From Mobula hypostoma (Eukaryota), in NCBI RefSeq assembly GCF_963921235.1, contig NC_086097.1:10416001-10480000 (forward strand): a stretch of DNA of 64,000 nucleotides, in the 5' to 3' direction. Positions 49,089-60,674 of the stretch are shown here, one piece after another (positions within the stretch are counted from its first letter, which is position 1; each line of letters begins with the position of its first letter). The translations under genes and the position numbers were made by a program. The notes under the pieces are model-generated. The model saw only the letters and a list, made by a program, of their open reading frames with translations. It did not search any database and was not told the origin of the DNA.

Positions 49089-49420
49089 TGTAACACGCGA
49101 GGGTCCGAGGGTCAGCGACGCTTGGAGGAGGACGATGGGGACCGAATGGACGGAACCGTGAGCTCCAATGTGCACATCAGACTGTTTCATTAAAATGGGC
49201 CCTTTCTCTTTTTATTTTCTTTACTAACCCTCACTCAGATTAAGATTTATAAAGTTCAATCGTTTAATTGCATATGGTGTACTGTCAGGTATTTTGTGGT
49301 GCGGATTTGTAACCAGGCAACACATCACGCAGCATCCACACAAACGAGATTTCTCAGTTTGGGCGAGCCAGAGGCTGTCTTCCCCAGACAAACGCATGCT
49401 GGCCGAACCTGAGGGTTACA
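49089..49420. mobile_element. Solo LTR
   Basis: TGTAAC...GTTACA termini, flanks CTGA/ATGA (3 of 4 match), no internal domain. Confidence 0.65.
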
Positions 49421-50640
49421 ATGAGATGCATCCTAGGATGCTCTGGAACATATCATCAGTGATGTAACCTGGGATCATTGGGTGTTTTAGGCATTCCCGT
49501 ATCTGACGCAGACCCAGGTTGATCAGGCCATGGCTTGTATCCAGCAGACCTCTTGATCCATAGCCCTCTGCATGCTCACTCAGCCGCCTCTGTGACGGTC
49601 CTGATAGCTCTTTTATTTCCTGCTGTTGTAATGCCAAGCAGAGAATAGGTTCTGCAGAACCACCAACCAGAAAAGACCTCTACACCCCACCTCTATAGGC
49701 TGGCGTTGTGCCCTCCACCCCTGTCTCTGGCACTGCTCTACCAGCTCCTGGTATTTAGCTTTCTTACATTCAAACGCCTCCTCAGTCCAATCTTCCCAAG
49801 GCACTGGTAGTTTTACCAAGACCATCTGGTTCGAGGCTTCTGACAGAATGACCACGCCAGGCCTCAGTGGTGGTGATGCAATGAAGTCAAGGAACTTTAA
49901 ATTACTTGCTAACGTCAACTTTCAATAGTCAGTCAGACACTGTGACAAGCAAGCCTGCTGATGATCTCGGCTGAGGCTATGGTTGGTCTCCACCTTTGAC
50001 AAAGGCGATAGGCTTTCTGGGTTGGTGGAGGTGCTTACTGTTGTTAATAACCGAGAAGATATTTTCTTCCAATGCCTTCAGCACCTGGTCATGGTGACAG
50101 TGGTAGCATCCTTCTCCCAAGGCTTTTGAGTAGCCACTGCTAACGTGTTCCAGGGTCTGTCTGCCATGGCGAGAGAAAGTGTTGTTGCTTCGCTGGACTA
50201 GGCAGGATGTTGTACACAGCCTGGATCATGAACTTGATGTGCCAGATATTGGATCAGGAAATCTTCTGCTTCAGTGCACCCTTCCACCTTGTTCAAGCTC
50301 CCTGCTGCGTGAGCAACACACACAAAAGGTATGCATTCCCTTGACAGCTGCCCGCACCTCTTCCTGGACCAATTTGTGTCTGCCCCTGCCCTGGGCCCTG
50401 TCTAAGCAGGCTGAAGGGAAGTTGCCCCACCTGATCAGATGCCTCTGTTCTTATCTGGTCCCTGTGCCTCCAACACAACTCAGTCATCTCCACTACATGC
50501 TGAGCCTTCCACCTCCTGCCTATCCAGACCTCAATGCATGCTGTTGAGTCTTTGCGGTGACTGGAATATCTGTACAGCAGCAATTGTCTTACACAGGAGA
50601 CCATGAACTCCTCTTTCGGGCTGCTAGAGGGAAGCCACAG
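49421..50640 (-). mobile_element. Hero-type (RLE) non-LTR retrotransposon 3' fragment
   Basis: YNILPSP, TLEHV...KALGEG..HDQVLK, LRPG(D)...LPVPWE...KKAKYQEL...GW...PIEVGCRG; Hero-like 3' UTR AAACACCCAATGATCCCAGGTTACATCACTGATGAT. Confidence 0.8.
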
Positions 50641-50649
50641 TTTATTCCT

Positions 50650-50915
50650 CTTCCTGTTCTCTCACTGTTCCCCGGCTATGAACTCTGCTGCCCTCTGACT
50701 CCTTGAACATGTATTCCCCCAGCTAGCCTCCTTCCCATCCCCCCACCTTTTTATTCTGGCATCTTCCCCTTTCCTTTCCAGTCCTGAAGAAGGGTCTTGG
50801 CTTGAAATGTCAGCTGGTTATTCATTTCCAAAGATGCTGCGTGACCTGCTGAATTCCTCCAACGTTTTGTGTGTGTTGCTTTGGATTTCCAGCATCTGCA
50901 GAATTTCTTGTGTTT
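50650..50915 (+). repeat. PLE pLTR with hammerhead motif
   Basis: agtc-CTGAAGA-agggtcttggctt-GAAA-tg-TC at 50780-50811, followed by pLTR tail. Confidence 0.75.
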
Positions 50916-51282
50916 ACCGCATGCAAAGACCCTCAGCCTGTGATCCCTAGGAAGTGACTGCAAGGCTTGTGCACAAGATGTACGAGATCTTCATGTCAAT
51001 ATGATAAGGGATTTTAATGACATCCTGAAGTAATTTCCCATTTCTTTAAAATAGATTGTGCTGTGCACTGTGCTAACCATTTGATGAAACAGAATAATTT
51101 AGGTAGGAGGGGATTCTTAAAGACACAGACATGATTGCCTTTTTGTTTTAATTTTTTTCCATGAAGTTCTCATGGCTGTGGTCCTTTCCACTTTATTAGA
51201 TTTTTTGGGAGGGATCTGATATCTGAGCATGAAGGGTTTGAGTAAATAGCTGAAGTGAATCAACATAATTGAAGCTACAGAG

Positions 51283-53617
51283 CAACACACACAAAATGCT
51301 GGAGGAACTCAGTAAGCCAGGCAGCATCTATGGAAAAGAGTACAGTCGAGTTTTTGGGCCAAAACCCTACAGCGGGACTGGAGAAAAAACGGTGAGGAGT
51401 CAGAGGTAGAAGGTGGGGGGAGGGGGAAGAAGAAACACAAGATGATAGGTGAAACTGGAAGGGGGTGGTGAGAGGTGAAGTAAAGAGCTGGGAAGTTGCT
51501 GTTGAAAGAGATATGGGAGTGAAGAAGGTGGAACCTGACAGGAGAGGACAGAAGGGCGTGGAAGAAAGAAAGGGCGATGAGCACCAGAGGGAGGTGATGG
51601 GCAGGTAAGGAGATAGGGTGAGAGAGGGAAATAGGAATGGGGGATGGTGAAGGGAGGGGGGTGGCATTAGATTATGAAGACACGTAGTCCTCTTTTATTG
51701 TCATTTAGTAATGCATGCATTAAGAAATGATACATTATTTCCTCCGGTGTGATATCACAAAACACAGGACAGACCAAGACTGAAAAAACTGACAAAACCA
51801 CATAATTATAACATATAGTTACAACAGCGCAACAATACCATAACTTGATGAAGAAGTCCACGAGCACAGTAAAGTTCAAAGTTTCTCAAATTTCCCACAT
51901 CTCACGCAGACGGGAGAAGGAAAAAAAACTCTCCCTGCCATGCCGACCACAATCCGACTCTGAGTCATCTGAAAACTTCGAGCTCTGATCAGCCCTCCGA
52001 CACCGAGTACTGAGCGCCATCTCTGTCCGAACGATTCGACCTCTTTCTTGGTCGCCAAAAGCAGGCAAGGCCAGGGATTTTGAGGCCTACCCTCCGAAAG
52101 ATTCCTGACCACACAGTAACGACAGCAGCGAACGGGCGTTTCAGAAATTTCTCCAGATGTTCCTCTGTGCTTTCACGTCCATTCTCCATCAAATCAGAAT
52201 TGTTCACGCGCGCCGCCATCTTTTCCTCCCATCGACTGGAAGTTCGAGAAATCGATATTCATGCCATCAGGTTGGAGGCTACCCAGACAGAATATAAGGT
52301 GTTGTTTCTCCATCCTGAGTGTGGCCTCATCGCGACAGTAGTGAAGTTGACATGTCGGAATAGGAATGGGGAAATAAAATGGGTGGCCACTGGAAGATCA
52401 CATTTTTTCAGGCGAGCGGAGCATGGGTGCTCAGCAAAGTGGTCTCCCAGCCTACGTCAGGTCCCACAGGAGGCCACACTAGGAGCATCAGATACAGTAG
52501 ATGACCCAAACAGACTCAGAATCAGAGATCAGAATCAGGTTTATTATCACCGGCATGTGACGTGAAAGTTGTTCACTCACAGGTAAAGTGTCACGTCACC
52601 TGAAAGGATTATTTAGGACCCTGAATGGTACTGAGGGAGGAGGTGTAGGGGCAGGTGTAGCACTTGTTCTGCTTGCAAGGATAAGTGCCAGGAGGGAGAT
52701 CAGTGGAGAGAGAAGAATGGTTAAGAGAGTTGTGTAGGGAGTGATACCTGCGGAAATCAGAAAGCGGGGAGTAGGAAAAGATGTGCTTGGTGGTGGGATC
52801 CCGTTTGAAATGGCGGAAATTACGGAGAATTATGTTCCGGACGCAGAGGTTGGTGGGGTGGTAAGTGAGGACAAAAGGAACCCTATCCCTGGTGGGGTGG
52901 AATGAGGATAGGGTGAGGGCACATGCAAAAGAGAAGTGATACGGTTGAGGGCAGCATTGATGGTGGAGGAATGGAAGACTCTTTCTTTGAAGAAGGAGGA
53001 CTTCTCAGTAGTTCAGGAATGAAAAGCCTCATCCTGAGAGCAGTTGCGGTGGAGATGGAGGAATTGAGAGAAGGGGATGGCAGTTTTACAAGTAACAGGT
53101 TGGGAAGCAGTATAGTCCAGGTAGCTGTAAGATTGAGTGGATTTATAATAAACATCAGTAGATAAGCTGTCTCCAGAGATAGTGACAGAGAGATTGAAAA
53201 AGAGGAGGGAGGTGTTGGTAATTAACCAGGTCAATTTGAGAACAGCCTGGAAGTTGGATGCAAAGTTGATGAAGCCGACGAGCTCAATGGGTGCAGGAAG
53301 AAGCACCAATGCAGTCGTGGATGTACCATAGGAAAAGTTGGGGAGTGACTCCAGTGCGGGCGTGGAACATGGACTGTTCCTTGTAACCAATAAAAGAGCA
53401 GCCATAGCTCGGACCCTTGCGAGAGCCCATGGCTACGACCTTTGTTTGAAGGATGTGGGAGGAGCCAAAGACGAAATCATTGAGAGTAAGGAAAGGTCTC
53501 GGCCCAAAACATCGACGGTACTCTTTTCCATAAATTCGGCCTGCCCTGCTGAGTTCCTGCAGTATTTTGTGTGTGTTGCTTGGATTTCCAGCAAATGCAG
53601 ATTTTCTCTTGTTTGTG
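51283..53617 (-). mobile_element. PLE with inverted 5' pLTR, RT-EN remnant and 3' pLTR
   Basis: Minus strand AMGSRKGPSY, WYIHDCIG, TDVYYK, PFSQF; plus-strand pLTR 53491-53617; TSD ATTGAAG(CT/AC)ACAGAG at 51268-51282 and 53618-53632. Confidence 0.9.
51666..52230 (-). mobile_element. Non-coding retroposon (AAGATGGCG 5' end, hairpin 3' end)
   Basis: Interrupts the PLE at the end of its EN ORF; shares long blocks with 59674-60357. Confidence 0.75.
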
Positions 53618-53794
53618 ATTGAAGACACAGAGACAAGTTTCAGCGCCAGAGTCAAACACACTGACTTGACGACACAGCATGCTTAACAATGCTTAAAAAA
53701 GATGAATTTACAGGAAAAACATCTAACCACAAAATGAGTCATATGATCAAATAAAGCTGAAAAGCCCAAATAAATTAAAATAGGAGTTACAAAG

Positions 53795-56700
53795 AAACAT
53801 AGAAGCATAGAAAACCTACAGCACAATACAGGCCCTTCAGCCCACAGAGTTGCGCCGGACATGTCCCTACCTTAGAAATTACTAGGCTTACCTATAGCCC
53901 TCTGTTTTACTGAGCTCCAAAAGACTCTTAAAAGACCCTATCGTATCTGCCTCCACCACTGTTGCCAGCAGCCCATTCCATGCACTCACCACTCTCTGAG
54001 TAAAAAACTTCCCCCTGATATCTCCTCTGTACCTACTCCCCAGCACCTTAAACCTGTGTCCTCTTGTGGCAACCATTTCAGCCCCGGGAAAAAGCCTCTG
54101 ACTATCCACACAATCGATGCTTCTCATCATCTTATACACCTCTATTAGGTCACCTCTCATCGTTTGTCGCTCCAAGGAGAAAAGGCCAAGTTCACTCAAC
54201 CTATTCTCATAAGGCATGCTCCCCAATCCAGGCAACGTCCTTGTAAGTCTCCTCTGCACCCTTTCTATGGCTTCCACATCTTTCCTGTAGTGAATTGACC
54301 AGAACTGAGCACAGTACTCCAAGCGGGGTCTGACCAGGGTCCTATATAGCTGCAACATTACCTCTCGGCTCCTAAATTCAATAACATAATTGATGAAGGC
54401 CAATATACCGTATGCCTTCTTAACCACAGAGTCAACCTGCACAGCTGCTTTGAGCATCCTATGGACTCGGACCCCAAGATCCCTCTGATCCTCCACGCTG
54501 CCAAGAGTCTTACCATTAATACTATATTCTGCCATCCTATCTGACCTACCAAAATGAACCACTTCACACTTATCTGTGTTCAACTCCATCTGCCACTTCT
54601 CAGCCCAGTTTTGCATCCAATCAATGTCCTGTTGTAACTTCAGACAGCCCTCCACACTATCCACAACACCTCCAACCTTTGTGTCATCAACAAACTCACT
54701 AACCCATCTCTTCACTTCCTTATCCAGGTCACTTTAAAAATCACGAAGTGTATGGGTCCCAGAGCAGATCCCTGAGGCACACCACTGGTCACCGACCTCC
54801 ATGCAGAGTATGACGCACCTACAACCACTCTTTGCCTTCTGTGGGGAAGCCAGTTCTGGATCCACAAAGCAAAATGTGCCATTGGTTCCCATGCCTCCTT
54901 ACTTTCTCAATAAGCCTTGCATAGGGTACCTTATCAAATGCCTTGTTGAAATCCATATACACTACATCTACTGCTCTTCCTTCATCAATGTGCTTAGTCA
55001 CATCCTCAAAAAATTCAATTAGGCTCGTAAGGCATGGCCTGCCCATGACAAAGCCATGCTGACTAATACGAATCATATTATATCTTTCCAAATGTTCATA
55101 AATGCTGCCTCTCAGGATCTTCTCCAACAACTTACCAACCACTGAAGTAACACTCACTGGTCTATAATTTCCTGGGCTATCCCTAATCCCTTTCTTAAAT
55201 AAAGGAACAACATCCGCAACCATCCAATCTTCCGGAACTTTTCCCATCCCCATTGATGATGCAAAGATCATTGCCAGAGGCTCAATAATCTCCTTCCTCG
55301 CCTCCCACAGTAGCCTTGGGTACATCTCATCCGGTCCCGGTGACTTATCCAAGTTGATACTTTCCAAAAGCTCCAGCATATCCTCTTCCTTGATATCTAC
55401 ATGCTCAAGCTTTTCAGTCTGCTGCAAGTCATCACTACAATCACCAAGATCCTTTTCCATAGTGAATACTGAAGTAAAGTATTCATTAAGTACCTCTGCT
55501 ATTTCCTCCGGTTCCATACATACTTTCCCACTGTCACACTTGATTCTTTCACATCTTATCCTCTTGCTCTTCACATTCTTGTAGAATGCCTTGGGGTTTT
55601 CCTTAATCCTGCCCACCAAGGCCTTCTTATGGCCTCTTCTGGCTCTCTTAATTTCTTTCTTAAGCTCCTTCCTATTAACCTTATAATCTTCTAGATCTCT
55701 AACATTTCTGAACATCTCTGAACCTTTTGTAAGCTTTTCTTTTCTTCTTGACTAGATTTATTACAGCCTTTGTACACCACGGTTCCTGTACCCTACCATA
55801 ACTTTCCTGTCTCATTGGAACGTATCTAGGCAGAACTCCACACAAATATCCCCTGAATATTTCCCACATTTCTTCCATACTTTTCCCTGAGAACATCCGT
55901 TCCCAATTTAAGCTTCCAATTTCCTGCCTGATAGTCTCATAATTCCTCTTACTTCAATTAAGCTCCTTTCTGACTTGTCTGTTCCTATCTCTCTCCAATG
56001 CTATTGTAAAGGAAATAGAATTATGATCACTATCTCCAAAATGCTCTCCCACTGAGAGATCTGACACCTGACCAGGTTCATTTCCCAATACCAAGTACAG
56101 ACCCTCCTCTTGTAGGCTTGTCTACATATTGTGTAAAGACACCTTCCTGAACACCTAACAAACTCCACCCCATCTAAACCCCTTGCTCTAGGGAGATGCC
56201 AATCAATATTTGGGAAATTTAAATCTCCCATCATGACAACTCTGTTATTATTACACTTTTCCAGGATCTGTTTCCCTATCTGCTCCTCTCTATCCCTGTT
56301 ACTATTGGGCAGCCTATAAAAAAGTTATTGACCCCTTCTTGTTCCTAACCTCCACCCACAGAGACTCAGTGGGCAATCCCTCCATGGCGTCCACCTTTTC
56401 TGAAGCCATGACACTATCTCTGATCAACAGTGCCATGCCCCTACCTCTTTTACCTCCCTCTCTGTCCTTTCTGAAACGTCTAAGACCCGGCACTTGAAGT
56501 AAGCCATCCAAATCTCTGTGATGGCCACCACATCATATCTTCAAGTACTGATTCACACTCTAAGCTCATCCACTTTGTTCACAACACTCCTTGCGTTAAA
56601 ATAGACACATCTCAAACCTTCGGTCTGAGCATGTCCCTTCTCTATCACCTGCCTATCCTCCCTCTTGCACTGGCTACAAGCTTTCTCTATTTGTGAGCCA

Positions 56701-57140
56701 ATCCCCTCTTCCCCAGTCTCTTCAGTTCGGTTCCCATCACCCAACAATTCTAGTTTAAACTCTCCCCAGTAGCCTTAGCAAATCTCCCCACCAGGATATT
56801 AGTGCCCCTGGGATTCAAGTGCAACCTGTCCTTTTTGTACAGGTCACACCTGCCCCAAAAGAGGTCCCAATGATCCATAAATCTGAATCCCTGCCCCCTG
56901 CTCCAATCCCTCAGCCACACATTTATCCTCCACCTCACTCTATTCCTATTCTCACCGTCACGTGGCGCAGGCTGTAATCCTGAGATTACTACCTTTGGGG
57001 TCCTGTTTCACAATTCCCTTCCTAACTCCTTGTAGTCTTTTTTCAGGACCTCTTCCCTTTTCCTACCTATGTCATTGGTACCAATATGTACCACGACCTC
57101 TGGCTGTTCTCCCTCCCACTGCAGGATATCTTGGAGTTGC
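53795..57140 (-). mobile_element. CR1 LINE (partial ORF1 esterase + ORF2 APE-RT), degenerate
   Basis: LYKKDRLHLN, CVYFNARS, GDLNFPNIDW, NYRPVSVTS, YMDFNKAFDKV, FVDDTK; CATAGAA tail. Confidence 0.92.
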
Positions 57141-57194
57141 CCAAATAAAGTCAAAGAGGAGTTCACTGTAAGTCTGATGGGAAACACAGTAGAT

Positions 57195-58190
57195 CAAAGT
57201 CAAGGTCAAGATTATTGTCATATCCAAAAGTACATCTGTGCACAGGTGCACTGAAAAAGTTACTTACAGCAGAATTACAAGCGCATAGTGCCATATAAAG
57301 TTCAAAGTGAGGTAAACTTTGTTATGAAAGTACATATATCCATCCCTGAGATTCATTTTCCTGTGGGCATCTCAGTAAATCTATGGAATATTAACTATAA
57401 CAGGATCAATGAAAGATCAACCACAGTGCAGAAGACAATAAGCTGTGTACGTGCAAGTATCAATAATTAGCAATAAATAACGAGAACATGAGATAATGAG
57501 ATAAAGAGTCCTTAAAGTGAGATCATTGGTGGTTGGAAAGTTTCAATGATAAGCAAGTGAGTGTAGTTATCCCCTTTTGTTCAAGAGCCTGATAGTTGAG
57601 GGGTAGTAACCGTTCTTGAGCCTGGAGTTGTAAGTCCTGAGGCTCCTGTACATTCTACCTGATTGCAGCAGTGAGAAAAGAGCATGGCCTGGGTGATGGG
57701 GGTCCCTGATGATGGATGCTGCTTTCCTAGAACAGTGTTTCTTGGAGATGTGCTCAATGGTTAGGAGGGCTTTACCCTTGATGTACTGGTCCGAATCCAC
57801 TACCTTTTCCAGGATTTTCAATTCAAAGGCATTGGTGTTTCCATACCAGGCCATTATGCAGCCAGTTAATATACTCTCCATTACACATCTACAGAAGTTT
57901 GTCAAAGTTTTGGATGTCATGCTGAATCTCCATAGATTCCTAAGGAAATAGAACCACTAATCTTCTCAATTGCACTTACATGCTGGGTCCAGGACAGGGC
58001 ATCTGGAATAGTAATACCCAGGAATTTAAAGTTGCTAACCTTCTCCACCTCCGATCCTCTGTTGTGGACTGGGTCAGGGGCCTTTGGTTTCTCTCTCTTG
58101 AAGGCCTTGGTCTAACTGACATTGAGTAAGAGGTTGTCAGCCAAATTTTCAATCTCCCTCCTGTATGCTGATTCATCAGCACCTTTGATT
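57195..58190 (-). mobile_element. Rex1/Babar 3' fragment
   Basis: LTNFCRCVMESILTGCIMAWYG, DPHHPGHALFSLLQSGR. Confidence 0.85.
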
Positions 58191-58199
58191 TGGCCGCAT

Positions 58200-59465
58200 A
58201 AATTAAACATCAGCGTATGTGTCCTGCAGGATCTGTGAGAGTAGAAGTATTGTTGATGTTTCAGTACACCGCTGGTCACAGATTTCCAATCAGATTAGCA
58301 TCCTTGCACTGCTGTCGTCTTCCTCCATTCACCAAGCCAGTCTTGAATCTAGTTAGTCAGCCCAGTTAGACCACTCTACCATGCAGGACCTTGTCAAATG
58401 CCTTGCTAAAGTCCACACAGATAACATCATTCATCCTGCCTTCATCAACCTTTATAGCTACCTCTTCAAAAAATTGAAACGTTATTGAAGCAGGATTTCC
58501 CCTCATTAAGCCTTTCCAAATGTACCTATCCTAAGTCCTATCTCTTAAGATTTTCTCCAGGATTTTTCCTACAGCTGATAAAAAGGTAAGATATCAAGCT
58601 ATTGTCTAGACTTCTGGCACCTTAACTGTGGTTACAGAAGATGCAAAAAACTCCGATAGGGCACAAGCTATCTCCTCCCTTCCCAACCATGACATCTTCA
58701 GACAGATGTCAGCCATCCCTAGGGACTTATTAATGCTTATCCATGCTTATCCATGCAAAAACCAACACATTCCTATTACCCGTACTGACCTGAGCTGGAT
58801 TATCTATGCACCCTCTCTGATCTCATTATCTCCCATGTCATTTCCTTGGTGAAAACAAATGAAATTAGGACTTTGTCCTAATTGCCTGGCTCCACACATA
58901 GGTTATGACTTCAGTCCCTAAGGGAAACTCTCTTTCCCTAGCTCGTCTCTTGCTCCTAATATCTTTAATATCTTGTGATTTTCCTTAATCTTTTTTGCCA
59001 AGCATATTGTATGGTCCTTCTCTGTTCTCCTGTCGGCAAGCCAACTCAAAATCCACCCAACCAAGTCCCCATTCCTCAGGAATTTCTGGAGAATCTTGTT
59101 AAATACCTTATTAACATCCATGAACACTAATCCACAACACTAACCTCTTCTATTTGTTTGTCAACCCTCAAAAACATCTCAATTAGAGTCATGAGGCAGG
59201 ACCTGCCCTTCACAAAACCATGCCAGCTCGTGGTTATGCTTCTCAAGATGCCTGTAAATTCTGTCACTAAAAATCTCCCCTAATAGTCTGCCAACCATGG
59301 ACGTAAAACTCACTGTTTTATAATCCCCAACAGTAGTACATTTGCAATCATCCAATCTGCTTACACAACTCCTGTAATCAGGGAGGACACAAATATCATC
59401 AGCAATTTCTTCCTTTGATTTCAAAAGTAGCTTGGAGTATACCTTTTCATTCCCTGGTGATATAT
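58200..59465 (-). mobile_element. Highly degenerate CR1 fragments
   Basis: DYKTVSFTSMVGRLL, MDVNKVFNKI-like motifs. Confidence 0.55.
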
Positions 59466-59673
59466 CTAGTTCAAGTTCAGGTTCAAGGTTAAATATCATT
59501 CGACCATATATGAATACACAGGAATACAGCCAAATGAAACAGCATTACTCTGGGGCCAAGGTGCAAAACATAGTACCAACAGTTATACACAGCACAAGGC
59601 ACATAGAGCGAAAATAAGATCGCAGCAAAATACAGCCACATTAAAAAATATAGCCCAGGTCCCTGAATCCAAT

Positions 59674-60357
59674 TGGATTAAATTATTAGATTATGAGGAC
59701 ACTCAGTCCTCGTTTCTTGTCATTTTTAAATGCATGCATACATTAAGAAATGATACAATATTCCTCCAGAGTGATATCACAAAAAAAACAGGACAAACCA
59801 AAGACTAACACTGACAAGACCACATAATTATAACATATAGTTACAGCAGTGCAAAGCAATACCATAATTTGATAAAAAGCAGACCATGGGAACGGTTAAA
59901 AAAAAGTCTCTAAGTCCCCGAGTCGATTGACTCCCGAGTCCCTGATAGCAGGCAGCAAAAGGGAGAAACTCCCTGCTATTAATCTCCAGGCAGCGACAAC
60001 TGTCGATGCATTGGAAGCACCCGACCACAGCCGACTCTGAGTCCGTCCGAAAACTTCGAGCCTCCGACCAGCCCTCCGACACCGAGCACCGAGCACCATC
60101 TCTGCTGAGCACTTCGACCCCATCCCGGCCGCTGAGCAACAAGCAAAGCCAAGGACTCAGGGCCTTCCCCTCCGGAGATTCTGGATCACACAGTAGCAGC
60201 GGCAGTGAAAAAGGCATTTCAGATGTTCCTCCGTTCTCTCACGTCTGTCTCCATCAAATCAGGATTGTGCACGGCACCCTACTTGACAGATAACAGATAT
60301 CATTCACCGGAGTGGCCGTGCAAGCTGCATCGTGTTGCCATCTTCTCCTCCTCCTCC
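59674..60357 (-). mobile_element. Non-coding retroposon (second copy)
   Basis: 8-bp TSD AATCCAAT (59666-59673, 60358-60365); 5' GGAGGAGGAGAAGATGGC; 3' GAGGAC/GTCCTC hairpin and ATCTA-like tail. Confidence 0.78.
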
Positions 60358-60674
60358 AATCCAATAATGTAGCAACAGTCTGCAGTTGAACACAATACAA
60401 CTTGACTTCTGCGAAGTGAACGCTGGAGGACAGCACCACCTCCAGTATTCCAGTGGAGCACCCAACTTCAACACTTCCCGCAGCGTGGCTGCAAACAGGT
60501 AACAAATCAGCCTGAGGCCTAGTCCTAGCTATGGCCAAGGCCATGCAACTCCCCAGCTGTTCACCAATAAACTGATGAATTGGACTGTCCTGTAATTTTT
60601 CAGAAACTCCAACACTCTAATAGCATTACACTAACTGATTTGCTACTGTGTCACCCCTTCCACTTTTTTAAAAC

